Source of the DNA: Candidatus Nomurabacteria bacterium
GTDB lineage: Bacteria; Patescibacteriota; Minisyncoccia; Phycocordibacterales; UBA918
Reading direction: 5' to 3'
Assembly (NCBI GenBank): GCA_020632015.1
Contig: JACKGI010000001.1
Location: forward strand, 23,574-87,573
DNA: 64,000 nucleotides
This document shows positions 54,088 to 63,144 of the stretch, one piece after another. Position 1 is the stretch's first letter, and every line of letters begins with the position of its first letter. The translations under genes and the position numbers were made by a program. Below the pieces are notes generated by a model. It was not told where the DNA came from. It did not search any database and saw nothing but the letters and a program-made list of their open reading frames with translations.

Positions 54088-54462
54088 ATGTCGAGCCACG
54101 ATGATCTAAAAGTTATTCTTGAAAATGAATTAGAGAAGATAACTAACGAACTAAAGACCATAGCAGTTAAGACTCCTGATTCTGATGACTGGGTTGCCTT
54201 ACCAGTAGCAGAAGACTTAGTAACAGCAGACCCAAACTCAGAAGCAGACGCTGTTGAGGAGTGGAATCAAAGAAGGGCTCTTCTGGTTCAGCTTGAAATA
54301 CGTTACAGAAATATTAAACGTGCTATCGACAAGTTTGATTCGGGCAAATACGGAATCTGTGAAATAAGTGGTACTCCGATTGAAATTGAGAGACTCCAAG
54401 CAAATCCCGCAGCTCGCACAAACCTCGCAAACATGGATAGGGAATCTGAACTTCCACTGTAA
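54088..54462 (+). CDS. DksA/TraR-like protein lacking the C4 zinc finger
   Basis: 124 aa with a coiled-coil N-terminus. The C-terminal segment GKYGICEISGTPIEIERLQANPAARTNL aligns with CxxCGxxIxxxRLxAxPxxxxCxxC, but only one Cys is retained. Confidence 0.6.
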   Translation: MSSHDDLKVILENELEKITNELKTIAVKTPDSDDWVALPVAEDLVTADPNSEADAVEEWNQRRALLVQLEIRYRNIKRAIDKFDSGKYGICEISGTPIEIERLQANPAARTNLANMDRESELPL

Positions 54463-54465
54463 GAC

Positions 54466-55980
54466 ATGGCTATTGCACGTGTACACACTGTTCAACCCGA
54501 TATTCTCAAGGGAGATGTGGTCAACATTGAAGCGGATATATCTCGTGGGTTACACTCTTTTTCTGTTGTTGGTTTGGCCGGCAAGGCTGTCGATGAATCA
54601 AAAGATAGGGTAGGGAGTGCGATAAAGCATTCTGGATACGCATCACCCAAGACAAAGAATCAGAAAATTGTAATCTCCCTTTCTCCCGCTGACCTGAAAA
54701 AGGAGGGGCCTCTTTTTGATTTACCGATTGCTATTGCCTACCTGATAGCTTCCGGAGAAATTGAGAGTGATGATGTAAAAAGAATTTATATTGGTGAACT
54801 TAGTTTAGACGGAACACTTCGTCCAGTTAAAGGTTCCTTGAACGCCGTGCGAGCTGCTAAGGAAGCAGGCTACACAGAAATAATTGTCCCTACCGAAAAC
54901 GCTGAGGAGTCTGCACTTATAGACGGGATTTCTATCTATCCAGCTGATACTTTGCTACAGGTAATCAACCACATAAAACCAGCAGATGATAACGTCTCAA
55001 AGCTTATTCAACAACCCTTAACAACCGTTAGTGACGATTGGTATGAAAGTGCTGTAAACCTTGAGGATATAAAAGGGCAGGAAAGTGCAAAACGAGGACT
55101 TATTATTGCTGCCGCCGGTAGACACAACGTGATGTTGGTTGGCCCACCCGGAACCGGCAAGACCATGCTTGCTCGAGCACTAAGATCACTTTTGCCACCG
55201 CTCACCAGAGAAGAATCATTGGAAGTAACAGCTATCCACTCGGTTGCAAGCAATGACTTCTCAATTAGCACTAGACCACCCTTTAGAAGTCCGCATCACA
55301 CAGCTTCTCACACTTCTTTGGTTGGCGGCGGAACACACCCTAAACCAGGAGAGGTTACTCTTGCACATCATGGTGTTCTCTTCATGGATGAGTTTCCAGA
55401 GTTTGAAAGACGCTCGCTTGATGCTCTGCGTCAACCACTTGAAGATCGTGTTGTCTCAATTTCTAGAATTCAAAGCACGGCCGAATTTCCAGCTGATTTT
55501 ATTTTAGTGGCCGCCCTAAATCCTTACCGAGGAACAGAAGATGGTACAACTGATTTGGCTCGCGCTATGCAGGAAACATACAAAAATAAAGTGTCAGGCC
55601 CAATTATTGACCGTATAGATTTATGGTTAGAGGTTCCGCATGTTCCTTACGACACCCTTACTGCTCTTCCTAGTAAAGTAGATGAAACCACCTCCGCTAG
55701 AGAACAAATACTCGCCGCTAGACAGCTTCAAGCTAGTAGATTTTCTAAAACAAAAACCAACACAAACTCTGGGATGTCAGCCCGTGATATCGAACAACAT
55801 ATCGTATTAAAGGATGAGGTTAAAGATTTGCTGAAAATATCAAGTGAACGATTAAACTTATCACCTCGTAGTTATCATAGACTGATTAAGGTTGCGCGTA
55901 CCATTGCAGATTTAGACAATAGTAAAAACATCGAGACCTCACACTTACTCGAAGCTTTGCAATACCGGGTTTCGATATAA
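54466..55980 (+). CDS. comM: YifB/ComM-family Mg-chelatase-like AAA+ ATPase
   Basis: 504 aa with an N-terminal Lon-protease-like domain, Walker A LVGPPGTGKTMLA and Walker B VLFMDEFPEF. Confidence 0.9.
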   Translation: MAIARVHTVQPDILKGDVVNIEADISRGLHSFSVVGLAGKAVDESKDRVGSAIKHSGYASPKTKNQKIVISLSPADLKKEGPLFDLPIAIAYLIASGEIESDDVKRIYIGELSLDGTLRPVKGSLNAVRAAKEAGYTEIIVPTENAEESALIDGISIYPADTLLQVINHIKPADDNVSKLIQQPLTTVSDDWYESAVNLEDIKGQESAKRGLIIAAAGRHNVMLVGPPGTGKTMLARALRSLLPPLTREESLEVTAIHSVASNDFSISTRPPFRSPHHTASHTSLVGGGTHPKPGEVTLAHHGVLFMDEFPEFERRSLDALRQPLEDRVVSISRIQSTAEFPADFILVAALNPYRGTEDGTTDLARAMQETYKNKVSGPIIDRIDLWLEVPHVPYDTLTALPSKVDETTSAREQILAARQLQASRFSKTKTNTNSGMSARDIEQHIVLKDEVKDLLKISSERLNLSPRSYHRLIKVARTIADLDNSKNIETSHLLEALQYRVSI

Positions 55981-55984
55981 AAAT

Positions 55985-56014
55985 AAAAGGCCGGCGCTTC
56001 GCGCCGGCCTTTTA
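55985..56014. terminator. bidirectional terminator
   Basis: GGCCGGCGC, loop TTC, GCGCCGGCC, flanked by A-run and T-run. Confidence 0.85.
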
Positions 56015-56025
56015 TAAATATTTTA

Positions 56026-57054
56026 TTAAAATGGATTCCTTGCTCCTCGGACCTCAAAGTGAAGGTGCGTTCCGGTTGACTTACCTGTACTTCCCATTGC
56101 TCCAATAGCTTCTCCTGCTGAAACATAAGCTCCTACTCCTACGTAGTTTTGTGACAAGTGAGCATAAAGTGTTTGTGTACCGTTTGGATGCTTGACTACA
56201 ATATACTGTCCGTATCCTCCGTTCCATCCAGAGCTCTTTGAGATAATCACCTCACCACCTGCTGCCGCCCTAATTGTAGACCCAAATGCTCCAGCCAAGT
56301 CAACACCATTGTATCCATGTACACCCTGACTTCGTACAGATCCAGGAGCAGGGTGGACAAAACCAGCAGCTGAAGCAGTTGTACCTCCTGAGACACTTAC
56401 CGGACGTGCCTGTGTAGACACTCTAACTGGCGCAGACTGCATTGCTCCACCAGGAATAATTATTGTATCTCCAACCGTTAGTTCATCAGCTGAAGCTAGT
56501 TGGTTATAAGAAAGAATTTCTTCAGCTTCTCCCTCGTATTTTTTTGCAATAGTACTAATTGTGTCGCCTTTTTTAACAACATGTCGCACTCCTGCAATTG
56601 GAAGAATAACCAGAGTATCACCCGGTTGAATTTGAGTGGCTTTGGTTAGATCATTTGCCCACATAATAGTATTGGTGGTTACATCAAACATTTCTGCCAC
56701 TTGAGATAGTGAATCTCCTTCACGAACTGTATAAACTCGAATCTCTCCTAATCCACTTTTTTGTTCAGCAATAACATCAGCTCCAACTGGACCAGTTGAA
56801 ACTAAAACGTTCTCATCTACGATTATTTCTGCTCCTCCTCGTGCACCCATCGGATTTGGGTTCTGTAGGGTAGTCAATAGGGGAATATCAATTCCACTTT
56901 GTGTAACAGTTGGAGCTTCAGTAGAAGCAATTGTTTCTTCCGCTAAAAATAGTTTGGAGAAGAAACCTGCATGAACAGAAACAGGTACCATAATTACGAT
57001 ACCTAATAGAATAAGTTCACTCACCACCCTTGTTCGAGTAGTGATCTTTGTCAT
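56026..57054 (-). CDS. LysM-repeat M23-family peptidoglycan endopeptidase
   Basis: 342 aa with an N-terminal TM/signal segment, LysM repeats (YTVREGDSLSQVAEMF; HVVKKGDTISTIAKKY) and M23 motifs (HGYNGVDLA; GTHLHFEVR). Confidence 0.9.
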   Translation of the reverse strand: MTKITTRTRVVSELILLGIVIMVPVSVHAGFFSKLFLAEETIASTEAPTVTQSGIDIPLLTTLQNPNPMGARGGAEIIVDENVLVSTGPVGADVIAEQKSGLGEIRVYTVREGDSLSQVAEMFDVTTNTIMWANDLTKATQIQPGDTLVILPIAGVRHVVKKGDTISTIAKKYEGEAEEILSYNQLASADELTVGDTIIIPGGAMQSAPVRVSTQARPVSVSGGTTASAAGFVHPAPGSVRSQGVHGYNGVDLAGAFGSTIRAAAGGEVIISKSSGWNGGYGQYIVVKHPNGTQTLYAHLSQNYVGVGAYVSAGEAIGAMGSTGKSTGTHLHFEVRGARNPF

Positions 57055-57389
57055 TGAGTATTTTTGCTGATGACTGGATATCCCAGAATTGTCATCAGTG
57101 TCTTTAGAGTTGGGTTTTATATGCTGTTGTTTAGGTCTCGCCGCCAGTCAGTCATTACTTCCGTACTTAGAAATGAAAAAGAGCACTGAATGCTCCCATT
57201 CGCACCAACAACTTGGTACGCCCACCATTCTACTAAAGCTCATCCACATAGCAATTGACGAAATCCACTTTTCTCGTTAACTAATTCATTCTCCAAACAG
57301 GCTTTTAAATAGGCCGTGTTTCAGCTGTTGACAAAGAAATTTATGGTGTTGAAGTTAGTGAAATCTTATTATGCTATAGTGTCAGTCAC

Positions 57390-59348
57390 ATGTCTGAAGC
57401 ACCTTATCTTGTCGGTTTAAATGAACCACAAAAACAATCTGTTTTACATACCGATGGACCTTTAATGATTTTGGCTGGCGCTGGCTCGGGCAAAACTCGT
57501 GTCATTACTCATCGAATAGTTCACATCATTCACGAAGGTACAGCGCCTCATAATATTTTGGCCGTAACCTTCACCAACAAAGCAGCCAAGGAAATGCGTG
57601 AACGAGTAACTGACTTAACCAAAAAATATTTTCCTTCTGACCGAGCGGTTATAGACAGCTCTCCTTTAGTTACAACCTTCCACTCGCTTGGTGTCCGTAT
57701 CTTACGCGAGTTTCACGATACGCTTGGCCTACGTAGACACTTCACTATATATGACAGGAGCGATAGCCAAAAAGCTGTAAAAAAAGCGATAGAAGATGCG
57801 GGCTACAACCCAAAGGAGTTTGAGCCAAGAAAAATACTTGGAATGATTTCGCGTGCTAAAGGTGACGCTATGACTCCGCTTGAATACAAAGACGCTGCCA
57901 GCTCCTTTCCTGAACAGGTCACAGCTGAAGTCTGGGAAAAGTATGAAGACACATTGAAAGCAGAACATGCCTTAGACTTTGATGACCTTTTAGCCAAAAC
58001 ATTATTTTTACTAAAAACCTATGGGCCGGTCCGAGAGACTTTGCAAAATCGTTTTAAGTTTATTCATGTAGATGAGTTCCAAGATACCAACCGTGTTCAG
58101 TTTGAAATCATGGAACTTTTGGTTGGCGAATCGCAAAACATTTGTGTAGTGGGGGACATAGACCAAAATATTTATTCTTGGCGTGGAGCAGACATTAAGA
58201 ATGTTCTACAGTTTGAAAAACACTTCCCTCGAGCCACCACGATATTACTTGAAGAAAATTACCGATCTACCCAAACCATCATTGCTGCCAGCAACGATAT
58301 CATTAAGAAAAACCAAAACCGAGTGGAAAAAAACGTTTTCACAAATAATCATGAGGGTGAAAAAATCACTTTATACGCTGGCATGACAGGCTATGACGAA
58401 GCTGAGTACGTAGCCATGAAAGCCCAATCATTGATTGCTGACGGAGCTGATCCGTCTTCTATAGCAGTGCTTTACCGGACCAACTTCCAGTCACGTTCAC
58501 TAGAAGAAGCTTTTTTGAATTTCGAAGTACCTTATCAACTTCTTGGTACCAAATTCTTTGAACGAAAAGAAGTCAAGGATGTTTTGTCATATTTACGTCT
58601 TGCACTTAACCCTGGCAGTAACGCTGATTTAACAAGAGTTATCAATACGCCAGCTAGAGGTATTGGGAAGGTGACCATGCTCAAGGTGGTCGAAGGTAAG
58701 CGAGCAGACCTAAACGCTGGCGCAGCTGCCAAAGTGAAGGTGTTTGATGACATAATGACCGACATAGCTAAATGTGCTGTCGAAAAACCTCTGTCTGACA
58801 CTATAAAATTCATCATGAAGCGAACTGGGTTAGAAGACAGCTTGAAAGAAGAGGGAACAGAAGAAGCCTTGGAGAGAATCGAAAACTTGCGTGAGTTAGT
58901 TACCCTAGCTAGTCGCTTCAATGAGGTTGAACCAAGTGAAGCTGTTGAGCAACTTTTAGAAACAGCTGCTCTACAAAGTGATCAAGATGAACTCAAAGAA
59001 AAAGAAGAGCAAAACGCTGTACGACTAATGACAATTCACGCTGCTAAGGGTCTGGAATTTTCTTACGTGTTTATTACTGGTCTTGAAGAAGGACTTTTTC
59101 CGCACGAACGACTTGATGATGGGCGCACTGACCAAGAAGAAGAGCGGAGACTTTTTTATGTTGCTTTAACTCGTGCAGAAAAAAAAGTATTTCTCACTTA
59201 CGCCCATATGCGCACTATCTTCGGAAGCCAACGTGTCAACATGCCATCATCGTTTTTAAATGATATTAGTCGAGAACACGTTGAAAATGCAGAGCCTGAG
59301 GAGGGTGGAGGAAAGAGTGGCTACGAAACTACAATTTATTTGGACTAG
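57390..59348 (+). CDS. pcrA: UvrD/PcrA-family ATP-dependent DNA helicase
   Basis: 652 aa with motif I AGAGSGKTRVITHRI, motif II VDEFQDTN, YRSTQ and TIHAAKGLEF. Confidence 0.9.
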   Translation: MSEAPYLVGLNEPQKQSVLHTDGPLMILAGAGSGKTRVITHRIVHIIHEGTAPHNILAVTFTNKAAKEMRERVTDLTKKYFPSDRAVIDSSPLVTTFHSLGVRILREFHDTLGLRRHFTIYDRSDSQKAVKKAIEDAGYNPKEFEPRKILGMISRAKGDAMTPLEYKDAASSFPEQVTAEVWEKYEDTLKAEHALDFDDLLAKTLFLLKTYGPVRETLQNRFKFIHVDEFQDTNRVQFEIMELLVGESQNICVVGDIDQNIYSWRGADIKNVLQFEKHFPRATTILLEENYRSTQTIIAASNDIIKKNQNRVEKNVFTNNHEGEKITLYAGMTGYDEAEYVAMKAQSLIADGADPSSIAVLYRTNFQSRSLEEAFLNFEVPYQLLGTKFFERKEVKDVLSYLRLALNPGSNADLTRVINTPARGIGKVTMLKVVEGKRADLNAGAAAKVKVFDDIMTDIAKCAVEKPLSDTIKFIMKRTGLEDSLKEEGTEEALERIENLRELVTLASRFNEVEPSEAVEQLLETAALQSDQDELKEKEEQNAVRLMTIHAAKGLEFSYVFITGLEEGLFPHERLDDGRTDQEEERRLFYVALTRAEKKVFLTYAHMRTIFGSQRVNMPSSFLNDISREHVENAEPEEGGGKSGYETTIYLD

Positions 59349-59384
59349 ATATTATAAAAACCGGCCAAACGACTGATAGGGCTC

Positions 59385-60332
59385 GTGTATACTCAAACAT
59401 ATATGAGCAACATTGGTGACAAGGAAATTGAGCAAGCAGTTATAATAAGTGGACTATCTGGTTACACAGGAAAGTACAAAGAGTTGGGAGGTGGTGAAAT
59501 TAATGACACCTTCAAACTTGAACTGGAAGACCGTTCAGTAATTCTACGGATATCTAAACACAAAGACCAAAATTCCTTGTATCGTGAAGCCCGTGTCCTT
59601 TCTAAAATTAACCACAACCGAATACCAAAACTAATATTTTTCGATACTGAGAAAACCATTCTTGACCGACAATGGATAGTTGAAGATTATATTGCAGGCG
59701 AAGCCGTAAAGCGATTAAACAAAAAACAGTTTGAGAGCTTGGGTGAGCTACTAGCTGTAGTGCACGAGACAGAGTCTCGTGGTACAGACAACAATCTCTG
59801 GGAGACACTACTATCAAACTGTAAGACTTTTGGTGATGAGGAGTTTCACCTTAATCACCCTAGTCTAAAGTTAAAAACTTTAGTTCATAAAATGAGGGCG
59901 TATTGTAATGACTGGCAACCTAAATTTGCAGACGTACCTTCTGTTCTGGTTCATGGTGACGCAACCCCAAGCAATGTATTGGTTCAAGGTGACGACACCG
60001 CTCTCATTGACTGGGAACTAACAAGCTATAGAGATGCGATGTCGGAATTCTCTACAATTTACTATGAGGACATGGAATTCAATCAAGGAAAGTGGCGTAT
60101 CCAGATTAGACCTGAAGAGAAACAGGCTTTATTTGAGGGGTATATTGCCGGTGGGGGAATTATCGATGAAGACCGTATCACATTTTGGATGAATCACGAC
60201 AAAATGGGAGCTGCGCTATTTTTATATTGGCGCATCCATGATTCCGGACGAGCGGCAGATTCCGAACAGATGCAGCAGTATCAACTTGATCTAGATAATC
60301 TTATTCTTTCCCTAGAAAAAAACTTGGCCTAA
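59385..60332 (+). CDS. aminoglycoside phosphotransferase/choline-kinase-family protein kinase-like enzyme
   Basis: It has the Brenner motif LVHGDATPSNVLV followed by LIDWE. The ATG at 59403 is a more likely start than the GTG at 59385. Confidence 0.75.
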   Translation: MYTQTYMSNIGDKEIEQAVIISGLSGYTGKYKELGGGEINDTFKLELEDRSVILRISKHKDQNSLYREARVLSKINHNRIPKLIFFDTEKTILDRQWIVEDYIAGEAVKRLNKKQFESLGELLAVVHETESRGTDNNLWETLLSNCKTFGDEEFHLNHPSLKLKTLVHKMRAYCNDWQPKFADVPSVLVHGDATPSNVLVQGDDTALIDWELTSYRDAMSEFSTIYYEDMEFNQGKWRIQIRPEEKQALFEGYIAGGGIIDEDRITFWMNHDKMGAALFLYWRIHDSGRAADSEQMQQYQLDLDNLILSLEKNLA

Positions 60333-60376
60333 TTTTTCTTGTGTCTTAACTAAAACTCAAGTAGTCTAAGTTTCAC

Positions 60377-61174
60377 ATGACTGAAAAATTTGAACACAAA
60401 AAAAGTCTCGGGCAGCATTTTCTCAACAGCGACTATGTACCGAAGAAAATGTGTGACGCTGGCAATATTCAGAAAGGCGACATCGTGCTGGAGATTGGAC
60501 CAGGGACCGGGATTCTAACTCGGGAGCTTTTGGAGCGCGGGGCAGAGGTGGTGGCAGTAGAAGCTGATGCACGGGCGATTTCTTCTCTCGAAGAAACATT
60601 TCCTGAAGAAATCGCCCGCCACCAACTCACCATTCACCACCACGACGCCCGTAAGCTCAACCCTTCACAGTTTAACCTTGAAAAACAAGGCTATAAAGTT
60701 GTATCTAATATTCCATATTATCTTTCTGGCCTACTCTTTCGTAGTCTGCTTGATACTGAGTGCCAACCAAACACGTTGGTTTTTCTTATTCAAAAAGAAG
60801 TAGCGGAGCGTATTGCTCGAGATAAAAAAGAATCTTTACTTTCGCTCTCTGTAAAAATCTTCGGTAATCCTACATATATATGTACAGTGAAGAGGGGACA
60901 CTTCACTCCACCACCCAAAATTGACTCAGCAATCGTAGCTGTAAATGAGGTTGGTAGACAAAAACTTTCTTCAATTACCAGTGAACAATTTTTTAATATT
61001 ATTCATCTTGGTTTCGCTCAGAAAAGAAAACAATTGCTTGGTAACTTAAGCGGTGAATTTCCCCGCCCTAATCTGGAGCTAATCTTTCAAGAGTTGTCTC
61101 TTCCTTTAGATATAAGAGCTGAGGATATTCCGCTAGAAAATTGGATTAAATTAACCGAAAAGCTTTATTTATAG
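60377..61174 (+). CDS. rsmA: 16S rRNA (adenine1518/1519-N6)-dimethyltransferase
   Basis: 265 aa with LGQHFL, the SAM motif EIGPGTGILT and SNIPYY. Confidence 0.93.
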   Translation: MTEKFEHKKSLGQHFLNSDYVPKKMCDAGNIQKGDIVLEIGPGTGILTRELLERGAEVVAVEADARAISSLEETFPEEIARHQLTIHHHDARKLNPSQFNLEKQGYKVVSNIPYYLSGLLFRSLLDTECQPNTLVFLIQKEVAERIARDKKESLLSLSVKIFGNPTYICTVKRGHFTPPPKIDSAIVAVNEVGRQKLSSITSEQFFNIIHLGFAQKRKQLLGNLSGEFPRPNLELIFQELSLPLDIRAEDIPLENWIKLTEKLYL

Positions 61175-61286
61175 TCTTAAAGAGCAAATAATCCACCGAC
61201 AATCAACAGGTTGTACCCAAGCTAGTGCACAGATGTGTGTAACTAAGACACAAGTGACGCAATTGGACTGCTATACTTAGCTTTAT

Positions 61287-62186
61287 ATGGAGGGTCAAAT
61301 TAACTCCAAGATTGTCGGCGCAACTGTAATTGGTTTTGCGTTGGTAGCTGGTGCATATACCATCAGCAATTTTGGTGAATCAACTTTCCCTGAACCCCAA
61401 CCAGCCAACATCCAGGCCACAACTCCACAACAAAGACCGGTTATCGAGGTCACTGATAGTGACCAAAATGGTATCGAGGATTGGCGTGATGTTTTTGTTG
61501 ATACAGGCACGTTTTCTGCCCCAAAAACTGACGAACCATACACCCCGCCAACTACTGTCACCGGAAAAACCGGAATCAAATTCATGGAAGGGATGATTAA
61601 TTCTCGCCTGTACGCTCCTTTTTCCAAGACTCAAGAGGAGGTCGTGACGAATACTGTTGACTCCTTGGATGAAGTTCTTGATTTTAAGATTCTTGAAATA
61701 ACAGATCTAGACATAATGGAAGAGTGGGACGACCAAGATATAGTCAACTACGCCAACACCGTTGCTGCCACCATAATCCGACACAACGATGAAAATGTTG
61801 AGAACGAACTACTTGTTCTAAATGACATTCTCTTAAGAAATAATACAAACAGAGTACCTGAACTAGAGGCGAACGTACAAATCTACAAAAACCTTGCCGA
61901 AGATACCCAAAAAATACCCGTACCACAAATCTTCGCCAAACAACACTTAGATTTAATTAACTCGTACCAAGCTCTACAAAGTGATGTCTCTGCTATGATT
62001 GAAATAGTTGAGGACCCACTTTTATCTTTTGTTTACATCAAACATTACCCGACAGACTTGGAAGGTCTAATGCTTTCTTTAGAAAATATTTATCTAGCCC
62101 TAGAAGAATACACTGACTTATTTACCATAGAAGATCCAGCTGTACTTTTTGTTAATTTTAGTCCTGATTATAAACGTAACTATTAG
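61287..62186 (+). CDS. membrane-anchored hypothetical protein
   Basis: 299 aa with an N-terminal TM helix (IVGATVIGFALVAGAY) and an acidic extracytoplasmic domain. It is the first of three tightly spaced genes. Confidence 0.6.
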   Translation: MEGQINSKIVGATVIGFALVAGAYTISNFGESTFPEPQPANIQATTPQQRPVIEVTDSDQNGIEDWRDVFVDTGTFSAPKTDEPYTPPTTVTGKTGIKFMEGMINSRLYAPFSKTQEEVVTNTVDSLDEVLDFKILEITDLDIMEEWDDQDIVNYANTVAATIIRHNDENVENELLVLNDILLRNNTNRVPELEANVQIYKNLAEDTQKIPVPQIFAKQHLDLINSYQALQSDVSAMIEIVEDPLLSFVYIKHYPTDLEGLMLSLENIYLALEEYTDLFTIEDPAVLFVNFSPDYKRNY

Positions 62187-62189
62187 CTT

Positions 62190-63128
62190 ATGGATGCATT
62201 TTTTACACTAATTAAAAAAAGTTTGGTTGCCACAATGTTTGTGACCTTTGGGCTAATGGCGACTTACGTCCCAATACCGCACACGAACAATGTAAATCAG
62301 GCTGAAGCTCAGTGGGCAGTATTTGATGCCTCCAATGCAATAAAGCAAGGGTTGGATTATGTACAACAGAAACTCATAGAGGGTTGGAACTGGGCTATAG
62401 CAAATAAAGAAATGTTCCTTGATGGTATAGCTTGGAAAGCTACCAAAATGGTTGTGGCTGGTATGCTGGACAGCATTAGAGCGTGGGCCAGAAATGGTTT
62501 TGAGGGCAGACCAATGTTTGTTGAAGATATCGAGGGATTTTTGCGCGAAAGTGCCGACCGTGCTTTTGGTGAATACATTCAAGAACTCGGTAGTGTTGGC
62601 TCGTTTTTGTGTGACCCGTTCAAATTAGATTTTCAGATTGCTTTAACGGCTCTCTATGCCAGAGACAGAATAAACCAACCAGTTACTTGTACCTTGACTG
62701 GCATTATCGATAACCTCGATGGATTCTTAAGTGGTACCAGAGGAAGCTTTGCTCAAGGTGGCTGGAATGATTGGTTTGATATTACAGCCGACCCAATGAC
62801 ATACACTCCAGTAGGAGCACTTGTCACGGCTGACCAAGTAGCACAGGCAAGAATTGTAAACGCCAGAGGAGTAGTAGCCAAGGAGCTCGACTACGGTAAC
62901 AGCTGGTTGTCTCAGAAAGACTGCGAGACCGTTGAAGAGGGAGGAGTAGAAAAAACCTTCTGTAGTATTATCTCTCCCGGCAAGACTCTTCAGGAGGCTG
63001 TTACCTTTAACATCGACGGAGAACGACAAGCTCTCATCACAGCCGATGAGTTCAATGAGGCGGTGGTAGAAATAGGAGGCGCGCTAGCGACCAAGATATT
63101 TGCTGATAACGGCGGACTACTGAGATAG
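62190..63128 (+). CDS. membrane-anchored hypothetical protein
   Basis: 312 aa with an N-terminal TM helix, 3 nt after the previous gene. Confidence 0.6.
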   Translation: MDAFFTLIKKSLVATMFVTFGLMATYVPIPHTNNVNQAEAQWAVFDASNAIKQGLDYVQQKLIEGWNWAIANKEMFLDGIAWKATKMVVAGMLDSIRAWARNGFEGRPMFVEDIEGFLRESADRAFGEYIQELGSVGSFLCDPFKLDFQIALTALYARDRINQPVTCTLTGIIDNLDGFLSGTRGSFAQGGWNDWFDITADPMTYTPVGALVTADQVAQARIVNARGVVAKELDYGNSWLSQKDCETVEEGGVEKTFCSIISPGKTLQEAVTFNIDGERQALITADEFNEAVVEIGGALATKIFADNGGLLR

Positions 63129-63144
63129 TCAAAAAATATTAACC

